Both the position numbers and the translations under genes were made by a program. Shown here in pieces: positions 37,660-54,435 of a DNA stretch of 64,000 nt. The notes under the pieces were generated by a model, which saw nothing but the letters and a program-made list of their open reading frames with translations, had not been told where the DNA came from and did not search any database. The first letter of the stretch is position 1, and each line of letters begins with the position of its first letter. Origin of the DNA: Anaeramoeba ignava BMAN (Eukaryota > Protista > Anaeramoebae); NCBI GenBank assembly GCA_028826165.1, contig JAPDFW010000014.1, positions 16,475-80,474 of the forward strand. The letters are read 5' to 3'.

Positions 37660-40372
37660 ATGGAAAAAAAAAAAGACAAATATAAAAAAAAGAACAAATT
37701 GCCAGAAGGAGATAATTTTATAGCAACAAAATTACTTGGAAAAGGTTCTTATGGAACAGTTTATTTAGGAGAAACTAAAGATACAAAAGAAACTTGTGCA
37801 ATTAAAGAAATTATTATAAAAAAAAGTAGAAATGAAAGAAAAATGGTATTAAGAGAACTTAAAATAATGGAAAAAATTAAACATGAAAATTGTGTTGATT
37901 TATTTTTTATTGAACCAAAAAATTATCAAAAAGTAAATTTAATTTAAAAAAGCAAAAAAAAATTTAATTAAAAAATGGAATAAAAATTAAAATTATTAAA
38001 AAATTAATAATAAATAAAAAGGCTGATTTAGTTTATATTGTTATGGAATATTGTGATATGGGTGATTTAAAAGAATATATAAATTCAAAAACAAATATTT
38101 CTATTGAAGAAGTTAAAGAAATATTTGGGCAAATGGGTATAATTTATTTTTCTTTTTCAAATTAAAATCAAAATTAAAATCAAAATTAAAATCAAATTTC
38201 ATTTACAAAATTAAAATCAAAATTAAAATCAAAATTAAAATTAAAATTAATTTATAAAATTAAAATTAAAATCAAATTTAAAATTAAAATCAAAATTTAA
38301 TTTAAAATTATAATTATAATTAAAATCAAAATTAAAATCAAAATTAAATTTAAATTTAAAATTAAAATTCATTTATAAAATTAAAATTAATTTATAAAAT
38401 TAAAATTAAAATTAAAATTAAAATTAAAATTAAATAGTTATTATGATGCAAGTTCTTGATAAAAACAGAATTGTTCATAGAGATTTAAAACCACAAAATA
38501 TTCTTCTTTTATCAAATCCACAATCAAATTTTGAATATACACTTAAATTAGCAGATTTTGGATTAGCAAGAGAAATTCCAAAAGAAGATGAAAAAAATGA
38601 AGGAATTCAAACTCTTGTTGGAACACCTTTATATATGGCACCAGAAGTTAGAAATTTAACAATAAAAATCAATCAATCAATTAATCATTTAATCAATTGA
38701 TTTAATTCAAAAAAAATTATTTAAAAATAGATTTTATCCAATAAACCTTATACTTCAAATGTTGATTTATGGAGTTTAGGTGTAATTTTATATGAAATTA
38801 TTACAACAAAATGTCCTTTTCTAGGATTTAAATTATCAGATTTATCTGAACATTTTAGAAGTTTTACAAAAAAATCACTTCCAAAAGAATATTTAGTAAA
38901 TCTAAAATATATTTAATTCAAAAATATATTTAATTCAAAAATATATTTAATTCAAAAATATATTTAATTCATATTTAATTCATATTTAATTCAAATTTAA
39001 TTCAAATTTAATTCAAATTTAATTCAAATTTAATTCAAATTTAATTCAAATTTAATTCAAATTTAATTCATATTTAATTCATATTTAATTCATATTTAAT
39101 TCAAATTTAATTCAAATTTAATTCATATTTAATTCAAATTTAATTCAAATTTAATTCAAATTTAATTCATATTTAATTCATATTTAATTCATATTTAATT
39201 CAAATTTAATTCATATTTAATTCAAAAATAAATTTAATTCATATTTAATTCAAATTTAATTCAAAAATATATTTAATTCATATTTAATTCAAAATCAAAA
39301 TCAAAATCAAAATTAAAATCAAAATTCAAATTTAATTCAAAAATATATTTAATTCATATTTAATTCAAAATCAAAATTAAAATCAAAATTAAAATCAAAA
39401 TTAAAATCAAAATTAAAAAAGAAAATTGTTCCAAAAGAATGTAATGACTTAGTTGAAAAATTATTAACTGTTGATCCAAATTCAAGAATTACAAGAAAAG
39501 AATTATATAATCATTCTTTCATTTCTGCAAAATTAGTAAATTATTCCAAAATTGAAAATTTTAATCTTTATTCACAAAATTAAAAATTCAAATTTCATAA
39601 ATAGAAAAATTTATCCAATAATTTTGTTGATAATACAGAACAAGAAAAGGAAATGATTGGAGTTACAAAAGAGACATTTCAAAGCACAGAAAATGGAAAA
39701 CTTTCATTTAAAAAAGAAGATGTTATTGAAATTATTAAAATCAATAAAGATGAAGGAATTTGTGAAGGAAAATTAAAAGAAAAAGAAGGAATTATTGAAT
39801 TAAAAAAGATTGATTTATATAAAGAAATTCCAGACATTTTTTCAATGATTCAATCAAATAATAATAATAACAACAATCAATTAATTAATTTCGAAAAAAG
39901 AATTATTGGAATTTCTAAATTTGAATATAAATCAAATGAAATTTCATTATCAAAAGGAGATTTAGTTAAAATTATCAAAATTAATCAAGAAAATGATTAT
40001 TGCAAAATTAAATTCCGAAATCAAAAAGATGAAATTCTTTTATTCTTTTTGATTTTTTATGAAATAATTGAAAAAAATGATGAAATTAATGAAAATGATA
40101 ATGAAAATGATAATGAGAAGAAAAAGAAAAACAAAAACAAAAACAAAAACAAAAACAAAAATCAATTAGTTGATGAAATAACAAAAAAAAAATTTGGAAT
40201 TGCAAAAGTTAATTCAGGAAATGATGAAGATGATGATGATGATAATTTCCTTTCTTTTTCAAAAGGAGATGAAGTTGAAATTATTGAAGATGATGGAGAA
40301 ATGGGAATTGGAAAATTAAATGGAAAAGAAGGAGAAATTTTTATGGATGATTTTGATATTCAAGAAAATTAA
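37660..40372 (+). CDS. Ser/Thr kinase (ATG1/ULK-like catalytic domain) plus 3 divergent SH3 domains; K1, motifs intact, 6 exons
   Basis: [59 protein letters not shown]. The last exon has three LSFxKG(D/E)x(I/V)EII..G-type SH3 units. Confidence 0.9.
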
Positions 40373-40448
40373 ATTTAAAATCAATTCCACTTTTTTTTTC
40401 TTTTTCATTTTTTAATTTTTCATTTTTCATTTTTCAATAAAAAACAAA

Positions 40449-42759
40449 ATGGAAAAAAAAAATGAAAAAGAAAATCTTCCTCAAGGAAATAATTTTATTT
40501 CAACACAATTAATTGGAAAAGGTTCTTTTTGGAAAAGTTTATTTAGGAAAAATTAAAGATACAAAAGAAATTTGTGCAATTAAAGAAATTAATTTAAAAG
40601 AATTTGAAAAAGAAAAAGAAAAAATAATCAAAGGAATTGAATTGATGAAAAAAATTAAACATGAAAATTGTGTTGAATTATTTTTTATTGAACCAGAAAA
40701 TTATCAAAAAGTGAATTTAATTAAAATTAAAAAATTAAAATTATTAATTAAAATTATTAATAAATAAAAAGGCTGATTTAGTTTATATTGTTATGGAATA
40801 TTGTTCTATTGGTGATTTAAAGAAAATTATTCGATCTCAAAATCAAAGATGTGAAAGAATTCCTATTGAAGAAGTTAAAGAAATATTTGGACAAATTTGT
40901 ATTATTTTTAAAAATTTAAATCAAAATCAAAATCAAAATCAAAATCAAAATCAAAATCAAAATTAAAATTAAAATTAAAATCAAAATCAAAATCAAAATT
41001 TAAATTAATTAGTGAAAGGATTGAAATATTTATATCAAAATCAAATTGTTCATCATGATTTAAAACCCGAAAATATTCTTCTTAAACAAGATTATAATTC
41101 TAAATTTGGATATTCAATTAAATTAGCAGATTTTGGATTTGAAAGAATAATTCAAAAAGAAAATGCAAAAAATGAATTAGAAATTGAAAAATTTTTTGGA
41201 AAATCTTTATATATTGAACCAGAAGTTTGGAATAATATTTTATAACTGAATTGAATTGAATATTGAATATTGAATATTGAATATTGAATATTGAATTAAA
41301 TATTGAATATTAAATATTGAATTGAATATTGAATTAAATATTGAATTGAATATTAAATTGAATAAAAATTATTGAATTGAATAAATATTGAATATTGAAT
41401 CGAATATTGAATTGAATATTTGAAATTGAATATTGAATTGAATATTGAATTGAATATTAAAATTGAATAAATAAATATTGAATTGAATATTGAATTAAAT
41501 ATTGAATAAATTGAATTGAAATTGAATCGAATATTGAATATTGAATATTGAATATTGAATATGAATATTGAAATTGAATATTGAATATTAAATATTGAAT
41601 TAAATTGAATAAATAATAAATTAAATATTGGAATTAAAATATTGAATTAAATATGAATAAATCGAAAAATGAATATTGAATCGAAATTGATATTGAATAA
41701 TGAATATTGGAATGAATGAATTGAATAAAAAAATGCCAAAAATGAATATTGAATGAATATTGAATTAAATATTGAATCGAATATTGAATATTGAATGAAT
41801 ATTGAAAATTGAATTGAATATTGAATTAAATTGAATTAAATATGAATTGAATTGAATATTGAATTAAATATTGAATTGGTGAATAATTAAATTAAATATT
41901 GGAATTGAATCGAATTGAATCGAATATTGAATTGAATATTGAATGAATTGAATATTGAATTGAATATTGAATGGAATTGATTGAATGAATATTGAATTGA
42001 ATATTAAATATTGAATTGAATATTTGAATATTAAAATAATAAATGAAATTGAATATTAAATATAATGGAAAATTGAATGAATATTGAATCAAATATTGAA
42101 TTAAATATTGAATTGAATATTGAATTGAATATTGAATTGAATATTAAATATTGAATTGAATATTGAATTGAATATTGAATATTGAATTGAATATTGAATA
42201 TTGAATTGAATATTAAATATTGAATATTAAATTGAATATTGAATTGAATATTGAATTGAATTTAATATTAAATATTGAATTGAATATTAAATTAAATTTT
42301 TTCAATCAAATTTATTTAAAAATAGATTTTATTCAATCAACCTTATACTTCAAATGTTGATTTATGGAGTTTAGGTGCAATTTTATATGAAATTATTGCA
42401 AGAAATCCTCCTTTTGAAGCTAATGATCTTGATGATTTAGAAAAACAATATCAAAACACAATAAAAAAATCACTTCCAGATTCTTTTTTAGTAAATTTAA
42501 AAATTAATTACTTTAAATCATTTCAAAATTTAATCCAAATAATTGTAAAAATAAAAATAGAAAATTATTCCAAAAGAATGTAATGATTTAGTTGAAAGAT
42601 TATTAACTGTTGATCCAAATTCAAGAATTACAAGAGAAGAATTATATAAACATCCTTTTATTTTTGAAAAATTAGTAAATTAATTCAAATTCCCAAAATT
42701 TTCCAAAATTTAAAAATTAATTAAAAATAATTTTTATTATTATTATTTAATAGAAATAA
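40449..42759 (+). CDS. Kinase paralogue K2, degenerate (pseudokinase or pseudogene), SH3 lost
   Basis: Extra T in the Gly-loop codons (about 40526-40530), alphaC Glu changed to Gly, HHDLKPEN, KSLYIEPE. A TAA at 42757-42759 precedes a truncated SH3 remnant. Confidence 0.75.
41250..42300. repeat. (AATATTGAATTG)-type microsatellite in kinase intron 3; also at about 44500-45110 and 47095-47320
   Basis: Same repeat type in the equivalent intron of K2, K3 and K4. Confidence 0.9.
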
Positions 42760-43131
42760 TTAATTAATGAAAATTCAAAGAAGAAAATATTTGGAATTGC
42801 TAAAATTGATTCTCAAAATGATGATGATGATTTCCTTTCTTTTTCAAAAGGAGATAAAGTTAAAATCAAAATTAAAATAAAATTAAAATTAAAATTCCAA
42901 AAAAGGAGAATAAGAATAAAAAAATATTTTAAAAAATTCCATCAAAATTCAATTCAAAATTAAAATCAAATTAAAATTAAAATTCCAAAAAAGGAGAATA
43001 AGAATAAAAAAATATTTTAAAAATTCCACTTTTTTTTCTTTTAAAAATAAATTTCGAAAAATAATTTTTTTTAATTTTTATTTTTCATTTTTTTTTTCAA
43101 TTTAAAAAAACAAAAACAAAAAAACAAAAAA

Positions 43132-45775
43132 ATGGAAAAAAAGATAATTTTAGAAGGAGATAATTTTATTGCAACAAAATTAATTGGAATACATTCTTCT
43201 GGAAAAGTTTATTTAGGAGAAACTAAAGATACAAAAAAAACTTGTGCAATTAAAAAAATTAATTTAAAAAAAGATAAATCAAAAAGAAACACGACATTAA
43301 GACAAATTAGAATAATGAAAAAAATTAAACATGAAAATTGTGTTGATTTATTTTTTATTGAACCAAAAAATTATCAAAAAGTAAATTTAATTTAATTTAA
43401 TTTAATTTAATTTAATTTAATTTAATTTAATTTAATTAAAAATGGAATAAAAATTAAAATTATTAAAATTTAATAATAAATAAAAAGGCTGATTTGATTT
43501 ATATTGTTATGGAATATTGTAGTATGGGTGATTTAAATCAGTATCTTAAATCAAAAACAAATATTTCTATTGAAGAAGTTAAAGAAATGCTTGGTCAAAT
43601 TGGTATTATTTATTTTTCTTTTTCAAAATCAAATTAAAATTAAAATCAAATTCAAATCAAATTCAAATTCAAATTCAAATTCAAATTAAAAATCAAAATC
43701 AAATTCAAAATCAAATTCAAAATCAAATTCAAATTCAAATTCAAATTCAAATTCAAATTCAAATTCAAAATCAAAATCAAAATGAAATTGAAAATCAAAA
43801 TCAAAATCAAAATCAAAACCAAAATCAAAATCAAAATTAAAATCAAAATAAAAATCAAAATTATAAATTAAAAATTAAAATCAAAATCAAATTCAAAATC
43901 AAATTCAAAATCAAAATCAAATTCAAAATGAAAATCAAAATCAAATTCAAATTCAAATTCAAAATCAAATTCAAAATTAAAATTAAAATTAAAATCAAAA
44001 TCAAAATCAAAATTAAAATTAAAATCAAAATCAAATTCAAAATTAAAATCAAAATCAAAATTAAAATTAAAATTAAAATCAAAATCAAATTCAAAATTAA
44101 AATCAAAATCAAAATCAAATTCAAAATTAAAATTAAAATTAAAATAAAAATCATAAATTAAATTCAAAATCAAAATTAAAATCAAAATCAAAATTAAAAT
44201 TATAAATTCAAATTCAAATTAAAATTAAAATTAAAATCAAAATAAAAATTAAAATTAAAATTAGTGAAAGGATTGAAATATTTATATCAAAAAGATATTC
44301 TTCATCGAAATTTAAAACCTGGCAATATTCTTCTTCAATCAAATGATAATTCTGAATTTGGATACACAATTAAAATAGCAGATTTTGGATTTGCAAGAAT
44401 GATTCGAAGAGATGATTTAGGAGAAACTATAGAAATGGATTTATATGTTGGAACACCTTTATATGTTGCACCAGAAGTTTGGAATAATATTATATAATTG
44501 AATTAAATTGAATTAAATATTGAATATTGAATTGAATATTGAATATTAAATATTAAATATTGAATTGAATATTGAATTGAATATTGAATTGAATATTAAA
44601 TATTGAATTGAATATTGAATATTGAATATTAAATATTAAATATTGAATTAAATATTGAATTGAATATTGAATTGAATTAAATTGAATTAAATATTGAATA
44701 TTGAATATTAAATATTGAATTGAATATTAAATTAAATATTGAATTAAATATTGAATTGAATATTAAATTGAATATTGAATATTAAATACTGAATTGAATA
44801 TTGAATTAAATATTGAATTAAATATTAAATATTGAATTGAATATTGAATATTTAATATTGAATTAAATATTGAATTGAATATTAAAATATTAAATTAAAT
44901 ATTGAATATTGAATATTAAATTGAATATTAAATTGAATATTAAATTGAATATTGAATTGAATATTAAATTAAATATTAAATATTGAATATTGAATATTAA
45001 ATTGAATTAAATTGAATTAAATATTAAATATTAAATATTGAATTAAATATTAAATTAAATATTAAATTGAGTATTAAATTGAATATTGAATATTGAATTG
45101 AATATTGAATTTTCAATTAAATTTTTTCCAAAAATAGATTTTATCCAATAAACCTTATACTTCAAATGTTGATTTATGGAGTTTAGGTGCAATTTTATAT
45201 GAAATTATTACAGGATATCCTCCTTTTGAGGCTGAAAATCGCAATGATTTAGAAAATCAATTAAAAAAAGCAACAAAAAAATCACTTCCAAAAGAATATT
45301 TAGTAATTTAAATAATTCAAAATTTAAATAATTCAAAATTCAAATAATTTAAAAATTTAATTGTTAAAAATTTTAAAGAAAATTATTCCAAAAGAATGTA
45401 ATGATTTAGTTGAAAGATTATTAACTGTTGATCCACATTCAAGAATTAAAAGAGAAGAATTATATAAACATCCTTTTATCCCTGAAGAATTAGTAAATTA
45501 ATTCAAATTCCCAAAATTTTCCAAAATTTAAAAATTAATTAAAATAATTTTTTATTATTATTATTTAATAGAAAAAATTAATTAATGAAAATTCAAAGAA
45601 GAAAATATTTGGAATTGCTAAAATTGATTCTCAAAATGATGATGATGATTTACTTTCTTTTTCAAAAGGAGATAAAGTTAAAATTATTGAAATTGATGGA
45701 GAAATTGGAATTGGAAAATTAAATGGAAAAGAAGGAGAAATTTATATTGATGATTTTGATATAAAAAAAAAATAA
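43132..45775 (+). CDS. Kinase paralogue K3, pseudokinase plus 1 SH3
   Basis: Gly loop GIHSSG, alphaC LRQ (E to Q), HRNLKPGN (catalytic D to N). Frame and splice sites appear intact. Confidence 0.85.
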
Positions 45776-45973
45776 TTTCCAATCAAAACCAAAATCAAAA
45801 TCAAAATCAAAATCAAAAGAAGAAAAAATATTTTTTAAAAAATTCCACTTTTTTTTCTTTTAAAAACAAAAAAAACAAAAAAAGCAAAAAAATTAAAATA
45901 AAAAAAGGAAAAATAATTTTTTTTAATTTTTCATTTTTTTAAATTTAAAAAAACAAAAACAAAAAAACAAAAA

Positions 45974-48119
45974 ATGGAAAAAAAGATAATTTTAGAAGGA
46001 GATAATTTTATTGCAACACAATTTATTGGAGAAGGTTCTTTTGGAAAAGTTTATTTAGGAGAAACTAAAGATACAAATCAAATTTGTGCAATTAAAAAAA
46101 TTAAGTTAAAAAACAAAGAAGAATTAGAAAGAAAAATGACATTAAGAGAACTTGAAATAATGAAAACAGTTAAACATGAAAATTGTGTTGATTTATTTTT
46201 TATTGAACCAGAAGATTATCAAAATGTAAATTTAATTTAATTTAATTAAAAAAAAAAAAAGCAAAAATTTAATTAAAAAAAAAAGAAGCAAAAATTTAAT
46301 TTAATTAAAAATGGAATAAAAATTAAAAAATTATTTACTTTATAAAAATTATTAATAAATAAAAAGGCTGATTTAGTTTATATTGTTATGGAATATTGTG
46401 GTATGGGTAATTTAAACGAGTATATTGATTCAAAAACACAAGGAAATGAAAGAATTCCTATTGAAGAAGTTAAAGAAATATTTGGACAAATTTGTATTAT
46501 TTATTTTCCATTTTCAAATAAAAATTAAAATCAAAATCAAAATTAAAATTAAAATTAAAATTAAAATTAAAATTAAAATCAAAATCAAAATTAAAATCAA
46601 AATCAAAATCAAAATTAAAATCAAAATCAAAATCAAAATTAAAATTAAAATCAAAATTAAAATTAAAATCAAAATCAAAATCAAAATCAAAATTAAAATC
46701 AAAATCAAAATTAAATTCAAATTCAAAATCAAAATTAAAATCAAAATCAAAATAAAAATTAAAATCAAAATCAAAATCAAAATCAAAATCAAAATCAAAA
46801 TCAAAATAAAAATCAATTTCAAAATTAAAATCAAATTCAAAATTAAAATTAATTTTAAAATTAGTGAAAGGATTGAAATATTTATATCAAAAAAATATTG
46901 TTCATCGAGATTTAAAACCTGAAAATATTCTTCTTCAAAAAAATATTGATTCTAAATTTGGATATACAATTAAATTAACAGATTTTGGATTTGCAAGAGA
47001 AATTCCAAAAGATGATTTAGGAAAAACTCAAATAATGAATACATTTATTGGAACACTTTCATATGTTGCACCAGAAGTTTGGAATATTATTATATAATTG
47101 AATTAAATTGAATTAAATATTGAATTGAATATTGAATATTGAATATTGAATTAAATATTGAATTAAAAATTGAATTAAATATTGAATTAAAAATTGAATT
47201 GAATATTGAATTAAATTGAATTGAATATTGAATTGAATATTGAATTGAATTTAATATTAAAAATTGAATTAAATATTGAATTAAAAATTGAATTGAATAT
47301 TGAATTAAATTGAATTAAATTTTTTAATTAAATTTTTCCAAAAATAGATTTTATTTAATAATTCTTATACTTCAAATGTTGATTTATGGAGTTTAGGTTC
47401 GATTTTATATGAAATTATTACAGGAAATCCTGCTTTTCAAGCTTTTGGTCGTAATTCTTTAGAAACAAAATACCAAAACACAATAAAAAAATCACTTCCA
47501 AAAGAATATTTAGTAATTTAAATAATTCAAAATTTAAATAATTCAAAATTCAAATAATTTAAAAATTTAATTGTTAAAAATTTTAAAGAAAATTGTTCCA
47601 AAAGAATGTAATGATTTAGTTGAAAGATTATTAACTGTTGATCCACATTCAAGAATTAAAAGAGAAGAATTATATAAACATCCTTTTATTTTTGAAAAAT
47701 TAGTAAATTATTTCAAATTCCAAAAAAATATTTCAAAAAAAGAATTTATATTCCAAAAAAAAATATTTTAAATTAATAAATAGAATGAATTAATTGGAGA
47801 TTCAAATCAAGAATTAACTAATGAAAATTCAAATCAAGAATTAAATAATGAAAATTCAAATCAAGAATTAAATAATGAAAATTCAAATCAAGAATTAATT
47901 AATGAAAATTCAAATCAAGAATTAATTAATGAAAATTCAAAGAAGAAAATATTTGGAATTGCTAAAATTGATTCTCAAAATGATGATGATAATTTCCTTT
48001 CTTTTTCAAAAGGAGATGAAGTTGAAATTATTGAAATTGATGGAAAAATTGGAATTGGAAAATTAAATGGAAAAGAAGGAGAAATTTTTATTAATGATTT
48101 TGATATAAAAGAAAATTAA
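45974..48119 (+). CDS. Kinase paralogue K4, motifs intact, 9-aa repeat linker plus 1 SH3
   Basis: [35 protein letters not shown]; the linker has five SNQELxNEN units. Confidence 0.88.
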
Positions 48120-48647
48120 TTTCCAATTTAAAAATTCAATTTAAAATTTAAAATCAAAATCAAAATCAAAATCAAAATCAAAATCAAAATCAAAATCAAA
48201 ATCAAAATCAAAATTAAAATTAAAATCAAAATCAAAATCAAAATCAAAATTAAAATTAAAATTAAAATCAAAATCAAAATCAAAATCAAAATCAAAATCA
48301 AAATCAAAATCAAAATTAAAATCAAAATCAAAATCAAAATCAAAATCAAAATTAAAATTAAAATTAAAATTAAAATTAAAATTAAAATTAAAATTAAAAT
48401 TAAAATCAAAATCAAAATTAAAATCAAAATCAAAATCAAAATCAAAATCAAAATTAAAATCAAAATTAAAATCAAAATCAAAATTAAAAGAAGAAAAAAA
48501 TATTTTTTAAACAATTCCACTTTTTTTTTCTTTTTAAAAACAAAAAAAAGCAAAAAAAATTAAATTAAAAAAACAATTTTTTTTAATTTTTCATTTTTCA
48601 TTTTTCATTTTTTTTTTCAATTTAAAAAAACAAAAACAAAAATAAAA

Positions 48648-51460
<2,813 letters not shown>

Positions 51461-51656
51461 AATTTCAATTTAAAAATTAAAATCAAAATCAAAAGAAAGA
51501 AGAAAAAAATATTTTTTAAGCAATTCCACTTTTTTTTTTAATTTAAAAACAAAAAAAAAGCAAAAAAATTAAAATAAAAAAAGGAAAAATAATTTTTTTT
51601 CATTTTTTCATTTTTTTTCAATTTAAAAAAACAAAAACAAAAACAAAAAAAACAAA

Positions 51657-54211
51657 ATGGAAAAAAAGATAATTTTTGAAGGAAATAATTTTATTGCAAC
51701 ACAATTAATTGGAGAAGGAGGTTTTGGAAAAGTTTATTTAGGAGAAACTAAAGATACAAATCAAATTTGTGCAATTAAAAAAATTAAGTTAAGTAAAAAT
51801 AGAAAAATGACATCAAGAGAACTTAAAATGATGGAAGAAGTTAAACATGAAAATTGTGTTCAATTATTTTTTATTGAACCAAAAGATTATCAAAATGTAA
51901 ATTTAATTAAAAAAAAAGCAAAAAAAAATTAATTAAAAAAAAGCAAAAAAAAAATGGAATAAAAATAAAAATAAAAATAAAAATAAAAAAAATTAAAAAA
52001 TTAATTAAAAAATGGAATAAAAATATTAAATAAAATAAAAGGCTGATTCAGTTTATATTATTATGGAATATTGTGATATGGGTAATTTAAATGAATATCT
52101 TAAATCAAAAAAAGATAAAAATGAAAAACTTTTTATTGAAGAAGCTAAAGAAATATTTGGACAAATTGGTATTATTTATTTTTCATTTTCAAATTAATTC
52201 CAAAATCAAAATCAAAATCAAAATCAAAAAATCAAAATCAAAATCAAAATCAAAATCAAAATTAAAATTAAAATTAAAATCAAAATCAAAATCAAAATCA
52301 AAATCAAAATCAAAATCAAAATCAAAATCAAAATCAAAATCAAAATTAAAATCAAAATCAAAATCAAAATCAAAATCAAAATCAAAATCAAAATCAAAAT
52401 CAAAATCAAAATCAAAATTAAATTCAAAATCAAAATCAAAATCAAAATCAAAATCAAAATCAAAAATCTAAATCAAAATTCAAATTCAAAAATAAATAGT
52501 GAGAGGATTGAAATATTTATATGAAAAAGGGATTGTTCATCGAAGTTTAAAACCTCAAGATATTCTTCTTCAATCAAACAATAATTCTAAATTTGGATAT
52601 ACAATTAAATTAGCAGATTTTGGATTTGCAAGAAAAATTCAAAGAGATGATTCAGGAAAAACTATAATGATGAACTCAATTGTTGGAACACCTTTATATA
52701 TAGCACCAGAAGTTTGAAATATATTTTTTAAAAATAATAAAATCAATTTATTTTATTGAATTTTAATTTTGAAATTGGAAAAAATAGATTTTATTTAATA
52801 ATTCTTATACTTCAAATGTTGATTTATGGAGTTTAGGTGCAATTTTATATGAAATTATTACAGGAAATCCTCCTTTTCAAGCTAAAAGTCTTGGTGATTT
52901 AGAACGACAATATAACAATACAATCAAAAAATCACTTCCAAAAGAATATATTGTAAAATTTTAATTCAAAATCAAAATCAAAATTAAAATTAAAATCAAA
53001 ATCAAAATTCAAAATCAAAATCAAATTCAAAATCAAAATCAAATTCAAAATTCAAATTCAAATCAAAATCAAAATCAAAATCAAAATCAAAATTAAAATT
53101 AAAATTAAGGAAATTTTTGGAAAAGAATGCAATGATTTAATTGAAAAATTATTAACTGTTGATCCAAATTCAAGAATTACAAGAGAAGAATTATATAAAC
53201 ATCCTTTTATTTCTAAAAAATTAGTAAATTATTTTAAATTCCCAAAAAAAAGAATTTATATTCCAAAAAAAAATATTTTAAATTAATAAATAGAATGAAT
53301 TAAAGGAAAAATCAATAGAAATTGCAGATTTAGAAAAGAAAATAATTGGAATTGCAAAAGAAGATTTTGAAAGCAAAGAAAATGGAAAATTTTCATTTAA
53401 AAAAGGAGATGTTATTGAAATTATTAAAATTAATAAAAATAAAGGAATTTGTGAAGGAAAATTAAAAGAAAAAGAAGGAATTATTGAATTAAAAAGAATT
53501 GATTTATATGAAGAAATTGAAGATATTTATTCAATAAATGAATTAAATAATAATAATGATAATCAATTAATTAATTTTGAAAAAAGAATTATTGGAATTG
53601 TTTCAAATGAATATAAAACAAATGAAATTTCATTATCAAAAGGAGATTTAATTGAAATTAATAATATAAATGATAATAATTATTGTATAATTCAATTTGG
53701 AAATCAAAAATATGAAATTCCTTTTTTCTTTTTTGATTTTTATAAACAAATTGGAGAAAAACAAAAACAAAAACAAAAACAAAATCCAAAGAAAATAATT
53801 GGAATTGCAAAAGAAGATTTTGAAAGCAAAGAAAATGGAAAATTTTCATTTAAAAAAGAAGAAATTATTGAAATTATTGAAATTTATAAAAATAAAGGAA
53901 TTTGTGAAGGAAAATTAAAAGAAAAAGAAGGAATTATTGAATTAAAAAGAATTGATTTATATGAAGAAATTGAATATATTTATTCAATAAATGAATCAAA
54001 TAATAATAATGATAATCAAACAAATAATCTTGAAAAAAGAACTATTGGAATTGTTAAATTTGAATATAAAACAAATGAAATTTCATTATCAAAAGAAGAT
54101 TTAGTTGGAATTATCAATATAAATGAAGATGATATTTATTGTATGATTCAATTTAGAAATCAAAAATATGAAATTCCTTTTTTCTTTTTTGATTTTTATA
54201 AAAAAATTTAA
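51657..54211 (+). CDS. Kinase paralogue K6, pseudokinase plus 4 SH3 (duplicated pair)
   Basis: HRSLKPQD (catalytic D to S, N to D), DFG retained. The last exon carries two copies of the IGIAKEDFESKENGKFSFKK / IGIV..EYKTNEISLSK pair. Confidence 0.85.
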
Positions 54212-54435
54212 TTTTAAAAAAAAAAGAAGAAGATAAAATTAATAAAATTAATTGAGAGAAATAAGAATTTAATATTTAAATGGAAAAAAGAAAAAATAAT
54301 AAGAAATTAATTATAATTTTAATTTAAAAAAGAGAATATTTTTTTTATTAAAAATTTTTTCCGAAATTTAATTAAAAATAATTCAAAAATTTTTTCATTT
54401 TTTTTTTCATTTTTCCATTTTTTTTTTCTTTTAAA

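Noticed and set aside
19490-40530. Programmed frameshifting or RNA editing to explain single-base frameshifts at about 19495, 26605, 29167 and 40528
   Set aside because: All fall in homopolymer runs and go in both directions, as expected of long-read consensus errors. Reads are needed before calling pseudogenes.
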